Shown here: positions 59,601 to 64,000 of the stretch, one piece after another
Numbering within the stretch: position 1 is the first letter of the stretch
Layout of the letters: each line of letters begins with the position of its first letter
Assembly (NCBI GenBank): GCA_032718475.1
Contig: JAUCBJ010003424.1
Coordinates: 1-64,000, forward strand
Direction of reading: 5' to 3'
DNA: 64,000 nucleotides
From: Nemertoderma westbladi
Taxonomy: Eukaryota > Animalia > Xenacoelomorpha
Position numbers and translations under genes: made by a program
The notes under the pieces: model-generated
Told to the model about the DNA's origin: nothing
Database searches by the model: none
Seen by the model: only the letters and a program-made list of their open reading frames with translations

Positions 59601-62600
59601 CTACCGACGACTAAGGTGTTGGGGCTCTTTTGGGACCCAAACACAGACAACTTTCGAGTGAAAGTGAGACTGGACAGTCAAGAGAACACACTGACCAAGA
59701 GATCATGCTTGTCAAAATTGAGCCGATTGTTCGATCCGTTAGGATTCATCAGTCCAGTGATACTGCAAGCCCGCATTTATATGCGCAGTATATGGAAGGA
59801 TGGACTAACATGGGACGAGCCGATTTCATCAGACCAAGTGGACTTATGGAAGACCTGGGAGGCGGAATTATCTTCGCTAGAGGATTATTTCATACCCAGG
59901 GTTTACTTTCCATTACAAAGTACATTTCCTGACAACTTGGAACTACACTGTTTTTCTGACGCCAGTGACAACGGTTTTGGTGTGGCAGCGTACCTGCGCA
60001 GACAAGTAGAATCAGACGAGTTCGATGTTTCGCTCATTACTTCTAAGGCTAAGACCATGCCTACTAAGTATATGACGACACCACGAGCCGAGCTACAAGC
60101 CGCAACCCTGTCAACCACCATCGTGAACCTCATACAGACAGAACTACAGTCGAGTTTACAGATATTTTATTGGACTGACGCGACGTTGGTTTTATTTTAC
60201 ATAAACAACGACACACTCGAATTCAAGACATTCGTTGCTAACCGTCGCGCGGAAATTCTAGACCGTTCAATAAAAGAGGATTGGCGACATTGTCCCGGAC
60301 CACAAAACCCAGCTGATATTGCGTCGCGAGGAATGATGCCTCAGGAATTCTGTAAACCGGAGAACAAAGAATTTTGGCAACACGGACCCCAGTTCTTACA
60401 GAAATCGACACAAGATTGGCCTCCGTTATACGACAACAAGTCCAACACCATTCCTAAGGACGCCGAAATCAAGAAACCAAAAAAGGGGAAGACAAAGAAA
60501 AAGACAACGGCGGCAAAACTCAAGAAAAAACCGAAGGCGAAATGGAAAGATATAACTTCAAAGGTCAAGAGAGGAAGACTTGCGAGCCTTTCTACACCAG
60601 ACATATCGCCAGACGGTCAAACAGACACGTTACTAGACGGTCAACCAGACATTTTGCCAGACATATCACAAAATGTTCCACCAGACGCTAGTAACACACT
60701 GACAAACAGTAAAGCCGCAGTTTCCCTATTGGAGCGGCCTTCTATTGACAAACAACCAGATACGTTACCAGACGTATCGCCAGACACATTACTAGACAGT
60801 CGACCAGACATTAGTAATGTATTGACAAACAGTAAAGCCGCAGTTTCTCTATTGGAGCGGCCTTGTATTGACAAACTACCAATTTTGACACACTTGAGCA
60901 ACCATAAGCACGGTGAAACCTCATGTATTACAGATGTGGGTAGTACCTACGCTAATGTAAATACAGGTGTTACTTTGCGCTCAAGAGACATACCGAACTT
61001 GCAACCTATGGTGAAACCTGGGATTAATATCGGCAGAAAAATTAGTTTACCGAAACCCACTGATCCCATAGAGTTCAAACCACCATTAACGATCGACTTA
61101 CAAAGTACCGACAATCAAGGTAAGAAGACAAAGAAGGACAAATTACTTGTAGACCCGGACGGATCAACAGTCAACAAGGGAATACCTACCGGCGGACCCG
61201 TGGGCCCTTCTAGTAATTCAAAACCTTCCAAATTCGCAATTGACTTACCTGATGACGTCACAAATACTCATGTCGACCGTATTGTAAACTTAACAGATTC
61301 TTGGACAAGCGCTTGCCGAAAATTAGCGTGGATTGTACGTTTTGTACAATACGTTAAAGGCAAACGCGACTTTACGCGTCGACTTACATTGACTGAGATT
61401 GACAGTTGTGAGATTAAATTAATTCGCCATTACCAACTGCGATATTTCGCGCGCGAATTCACATCTATAAATCAAGGTCAACCAATCAAGTCGTCACCAA
61501 TACTGAGTTGGAGTCCGATAATTTATAATGGCTTAATTTGTCATAAATCTCGGCTTCAAAACATTGACTTTAACACGAACTTTAGGTACCCAATAATAAT
61601 ACCGCAACACCACGAACTACAACGTGCAATGATACTGGACGCACATCTACATCTGAAACACGCTGGAAGACACCACTGTCTTTCCTACTTACGTACTAGA
61701 TTTGTATTAATTAGACCCAGTAAAGCATTAAGTTCAGTGACACGTACGTGTATTATTTGTAAAAAGGTACATTCTAGAATAGGTACCCAAGAAATGAGTG
61801 AACTACCACAAGCACGACTTCAAGCATTCAGACCACCTTTTACAGAGACTGGAATTGATTGCTTTGGTCCCATACATACGAAACGTGGACGTATACTAGT
61901 AAAACGCTGGGGACTGATTTTCACATGTATGTCCAGTAGGGCAGTTCATATTGAACGTGTGATGGATCTTTCCACCAACGCGTTTATACTAGCACTGCGG
62001 CGATTTATCGCTAGACGCGGACTAGTGAAATGCTTGTACTCAGACCAAGGGACAAACTTTGTTGGTGCTCGGAATGAGATTGCTAGAGCCTTTAAGAAAT
62101 TAGATCATGATCAAATCTCGAACGAACTGCAACCTCACAAGATTGTTTGGAAGTTTAATCCTCCAGATAGTCCTTGGAGAGGCGGAGTCTGGGAGAGATT
62201 GATTAGATCTATCAAAACGGCCATGGCAAAGGTCATTCCAGTAAACCACATATTAACAGACGACCAACTGACAACATTGTTTGTTGAAATCGAGGCAATA
62301 CTAAATACTAGACCAATAGTATTAGTACCCGATGACAAACAATCTCAGTTTGCTTTGACACCGGCACACCTGCTTATGCAGGCACCGACAACTTTGACAC
62401 CTATTTCTATTCCAATAGAAAGCGACAGTTACGGTAGAAAAGCGTGGAAAATCACGCAACTACTAGCTACCAAATTCTGGGAAATATGGCAAAACCATTA
62501 TTTGCCCTCTATTTCTGCCAGAACAAACTGGTACAATAACACCCGCGCATTAAAGCCGGGAGATCACGTGCTGTTAGCGGAAGTGAATCTAAAAAGACGC

Positions 62601-62780
62601 TTCTGGATAACAGGTGTAATTTTAGCCACACATCCATCTATGGATGGAGTGACAAGAACTGTGACAGTACGGACAATTGACGGTCGTACAGTAGACAGAC
62701 CGACTCAACGTCTCGTACTTCTTGAAGAGACTCGTAACGAGTCTGGAGACTACAAATCTCCACCTAATACTAGTAAATAA
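56613..62780 (+). CDS. pol: Element B Gag core + Pol (protease, reverse transcriptase, RNase H, integrase)
   Basis: The frame extends upstream of 56691 to VQQPPKFSGSSKHWHTF. Knuckles CWRCTRHGHVRKDC and CPSCGRNHDGLLH. PR ILDSAS. RT YLPHH..KVRVV and FYVDD. RH LHCFSDAS, PRAELQAA and WTDA, then NPADIASRG. IN HHCC, GIDCFGP, SDQGTNF and GGVWERLI. Confidence 0.97.
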   Translation, partial: VQQPPKFSGSSKHWHTFVDYIESQIAVCAFTSREKFNYLLQTLSGEPKRLAETFVGVPDAFELAYDRLTSIYGGTVSMARSVIEELCKGGAITKPVDLLKLADEIKNAITTLRSIGQLDYGNTPTVLLKIIGRLHHRLRREWRKVEYQREERGGFLKLEDVYLLISREAVVETRSNYTDQHIVAEGITLPSSNRQKPQTTSTKTATYTTPTELRQFSDGSRVSAPIGTKQTRQQLSTDFNSYQYCEHPGKRYIGHKLRGCRQFRELNSEERRLQIRPLDSCWRCTRHGHVRKDCPNTDTCPSCGRNHDGLLHTDSHTPTKRFAREHPEAAARCDAAYRKRESKTTPTFVTHIEDCFSEQSGSSDEESEDDDEYSNGDEQPSIALLTTDQLKGFSVIPIKVTGTKGSKRIYAILDSASSHSYVDEKIADVVTDLKQGKHVSYTVSSMHGQRAIPVTRVKLDLDSLLPKSQHSERERSLLPFRDLTFAATKDFSNLLGPVPEQSLEDRKYFRHLGVPECPVNYRSVAMLIGTDQFNLHQVWETRPSAVVAGNAYACRTPIGWYTRAPVRTLDVSDEEDDVQSTCSLLTTNSIHSFSHDVNHTTLQSTKHDRRVTSMISHKEQLTHKVSLELGEKTSQLEIPSTTDDRLASLPTPITSTVPVDIDDDALRNHQLEQAALDKELTEKTIRWLEQDTAEPGSYEPCMSEQEKQSLKIMEDTIRQTKDGHYEVGMLWRSQSPKLINNYPLALRRLHSIRQRLLKDEKAHLQYNTQMETYLTKGYAIRMTNPERVTDQTYYLPHHYVRHPDKPDKVRVVNDCAALFEGMSLNSELMDGPNMNNYLMGVIMRFRQRQVAFTCDVEAMFHQVKALERDRDSLWFLWYPEGDLSLPPATYQMQVRVFGARDSPNCTMYALKQAARDQKHLYDPEIIRIVERDFYVDDGLQSCDTVERATTVAHQLRDCLAGGGFNLTKFASNSAELVDSFGTTERGGGDIDLEFEPLPTTKVLGLFWDPNTDNFRVKVRLDSQENTLTKRSCLSKLSRLFDPLGFISPVILQARIYMRSIWKDGLTWDEPISSDQVDLWKTWEAELSSLEDYFIPRVYFPLQSTFPDNLELHCFSDASDNGFGVAAYLRRQVESDEFDVSLITSKAKTMPTKYMTTPRAELQAATLSTTIVNLIQTELQSSLQIFYWTDATLVLFYINNDTLEFKTFVANRRAEILDRSIKEDWRHCPGPQNPADIASRGMMPQEFCKPENKEFWQHGPQFLQKSTQDWPPLYDNKSNTIPKDAEIKKPKKGKTKKKTTAAKLKKKPKAKWKDITSKVKRGRLASLSTPDISPDGQTDTLLDGQPDILPDISQNVPPDASNTLTNSKAAVSLLERPSIDKQPDTLPDVSPDTLLDSRPDISNVLTNSKAAVSLLERPCIDKLPILTHLSNHKHGETSCITDVGSTYANVNTGVTLRSRDIPNLQPMVKPGINIGRKISLPKPTDPIEFKPPLTIDLQSTDNQGKKTKKDKLLVDPDGSTVNKGIPTGGPVGPSSNSKPSKFAIDLPDDVTNTHVDRIVNLTDSWTSACRKLAWIVRFVQYVKGKRDFTRRLTLTEIDSCEIKLIRHYQLRYFAREFTSINQGQPIKSSPILSWSPIIYNGLICHKSRLQNIDFNTNFRYPIIIPQHHELQRAMILDAHLHLKHAGRHHCLSYLRTRFVLIRPSKALSSVTRTCIICKKVHSRIGTQEMSELPQARLQAFRPPFTETGIDCFGPIHTKRGRILVKRWGLIFTCMSSRAVHIERVMDLSTNAFILALRRFIARRGLVKCLYSDQGTNFVGARNEIARAFKKLDHDQISNELQPHKIVWKFNPPDSPWRGGVWERLIRSIKTAMAKVIPVNHILTDDQLTTLFVEIEAILNTRPIVLVPDDKQSQFALTPAHLLMQAPTTLTPISIPIESDSYGRKAWKITQLLATKFWEIWQNHYLPSISARTNWYNNTRALKPGDHVLLAEVNLKRRFWITGVILATHPSMDGVTRTVTVRTIDGRTVDRPTQRLVLLEETRNESGDYKSPPNTSK

Positions 62781-63435
62781 TTAGGAGTTTACAAATAGAT
62801 TTCCACGTACCTGTACACCGTAGTAAGGACAGCGGTAGAATTCCATTGTCTTTATATGTGAACATTGAGGGTAGTACCCTTATGTGTCACATAGGAGCGG
62901 GATTTGTAGGTATAAGAAATGGAATTCTACTTGGAACTCACAATATTGAGACATTTTCGAAATTTTAGACAATCCATTTGGATTTGAAAATTTTAAAATT
63001 TTCTCCAGTGAATAGATTTCAGGGTACAGTCGGGTGGAACTTAAAATTAGAGAAACAAGAGAGGAAGACTTGCGAGCCTTTCTTAAAATTTTAATTAAAT
63101 TTTACACGGTCTTGTTTCAATAAGTTACGTCAAAATAGACTCCCCTATATTTATTACTAATTCTTGATTGCTTATTTTCTGATAATAGTTTGGGATCAAA
63201 AGGTGAGTATTTTAGACTCACGGCCAGTTTAGCCCAAATTCGTTTTACTTCGGCAAAAAATTTTAGATAAGAAGCAGCGTGTCATTAAAGAAACCCTAGA
63301 TCTTAGGCTATGGGTAGGAGGTTAGAGCGTTGTCGAGCCCAAAGGGCAGACGAAACTCTCACGTCTCCTCACAACTAACTACAAACTCTGTTGTATTCCC
63401 TCTAGTAGTAATGATTATGTAACTACACCCTAATT

Positions 63436-64000
63436 ATGGAGAAAGGGATACAAGGAGAGCCGAGATGGGGATATGATATCCAAGAAGAGGCAGCAGCGCC
63501 ATTCGAAAGATTTGGAGCCAAGGATTACACTATATTTGGTATAAAAGAATTATCGGAAAGTACAGCGAAACTCGCGAGAACTAAATATGACTCGAATGTA
63601 TTAAAGAGAAGGCAAAACGCATTAAACGAAAGAATCGAAAGTTTGCGCCAAACCTTCAACGAACTTTACCCGTACGATGCTTTGTGTGATACGGGAGACA
63701 TTAGCGAAGACCCCGATACTGAAATTAGTCGTTTGTATCATACCATGCAATACCTAAAGGCGCACGAACCTATGCCCGCGGTACGCGATGAATTCGATGG
63801 AATGCATCTTTACAGACGAACTCGAGGGGACGATAGAGAAACCAAGGAAGCATTTTCAGTTTATAAACTTTATTATCAATGCGGTTCTTGTATGCGCGAA
63901 CAACGAAATGCGATTCCGATGCGTTTGAATAAGGAAAATCCCGAACCGATATTGGCGAGGTGTTCGAATCATCAACAACTACGCTACCAGGAAGGAGGGT
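63436..64000 (+). CDS. Element B accessory ORF3 (partial; homolog of 14541-16307)
   Basis: Hand translation (absent from the ORF track because it has no stop in the window): MEKGIQGEPRWGY...EDPDTEISRLYHTMQYLKAHEPMPAVRDEFDGMHLY...YKLYYQCGSC...RCSNHQQLRYQEGG. Open for 188 codons to the window end, with an in-frame TGA upstream at 63412. Confidence 0.88.
   Translation, partial: MEKGIQGEPRWGYDIQEEAAAPFERFGAKDYTIFGIKELSESTAKLARTKYDSNVLKRRQNALNERIESLRQTFNELYPYDALCDTGDISEDPDTEISRLYHTMQYLKAHEPMPAVRDEFDGMHLYRRTRGDDRETKEAFSVYKLYYQCGSCMREQRNAIPMRLNKENPEPILARCSNHQQLRYQEGG

Larger units (their letters stand above)
51433..64000 (+). mobile_element. BEL/Pao LTR retrotransposon (element B) with complete pol and an accessory ORF; 3' end beyond the window
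   Basis: Putative LTR, ~2.1-kb leader, gag (two +1 frame breaks), PR-RT-RH-IN order, then ORF3. The left boundary is inferred because the second LTR is not visible. Confidence 0.93.

Noticed and set aside
63320-63362. Hammerhead ribozyme (GA-GCCC-AAA-GGGC...GAAAC)
   Set aside because: The CUGANGA core is replaced by UUGUCGA, four extra nucleotides separate stem II from GAAA, and there is no correctly placed NUH cleavage site or stem I.

Overview
AT-rich, repeat-dense animal (probably invertebrate) genomic DNA. It is not prokaryotic. From left to right it holds: (i) a transposon-filled stretch that is probably an intron (Kolobok-like end, two divergently oriented RTE-type LINE fragments); (ii) a TRPM cation-channel gene encoded almost entirely by one ~3.85-kb exon (4110-7961); (iii) a cluster of MITEs and a palindromic double tRNA-derived element; (iv) a complete 13.2-kb BEL/Pao LTR retrotransposon on the minus strand (12717-25923) with apparently identical 1017-bp LTRs, whose polyprotein has lost RT, RNase H and the integrase core in frame and which carries two extra ORFs after pol; (v) a 23.3-kb array of a 66-bp satellite with kilobase-scale higher-order duplications; and (vi) a second, highly diverged BEL/Pao element on the plus strand (from about 51433, running off the window) with a full pol. 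The main finding is that both BEL/Pao elements carry a clearly homologous non-envelope accessory ORF downstream of pol (DPxxExxRLYxTMxYL...CxxC...CxxH). In each case it is preceded by an RNA hairpin sharing CGUUGUCGnGC, and the hairpin lies between candidate splice donor and acceptor sites. This resembles the regulatory layout of a complex retrovirus. All calls were made by eye; no database search or folding program was run.
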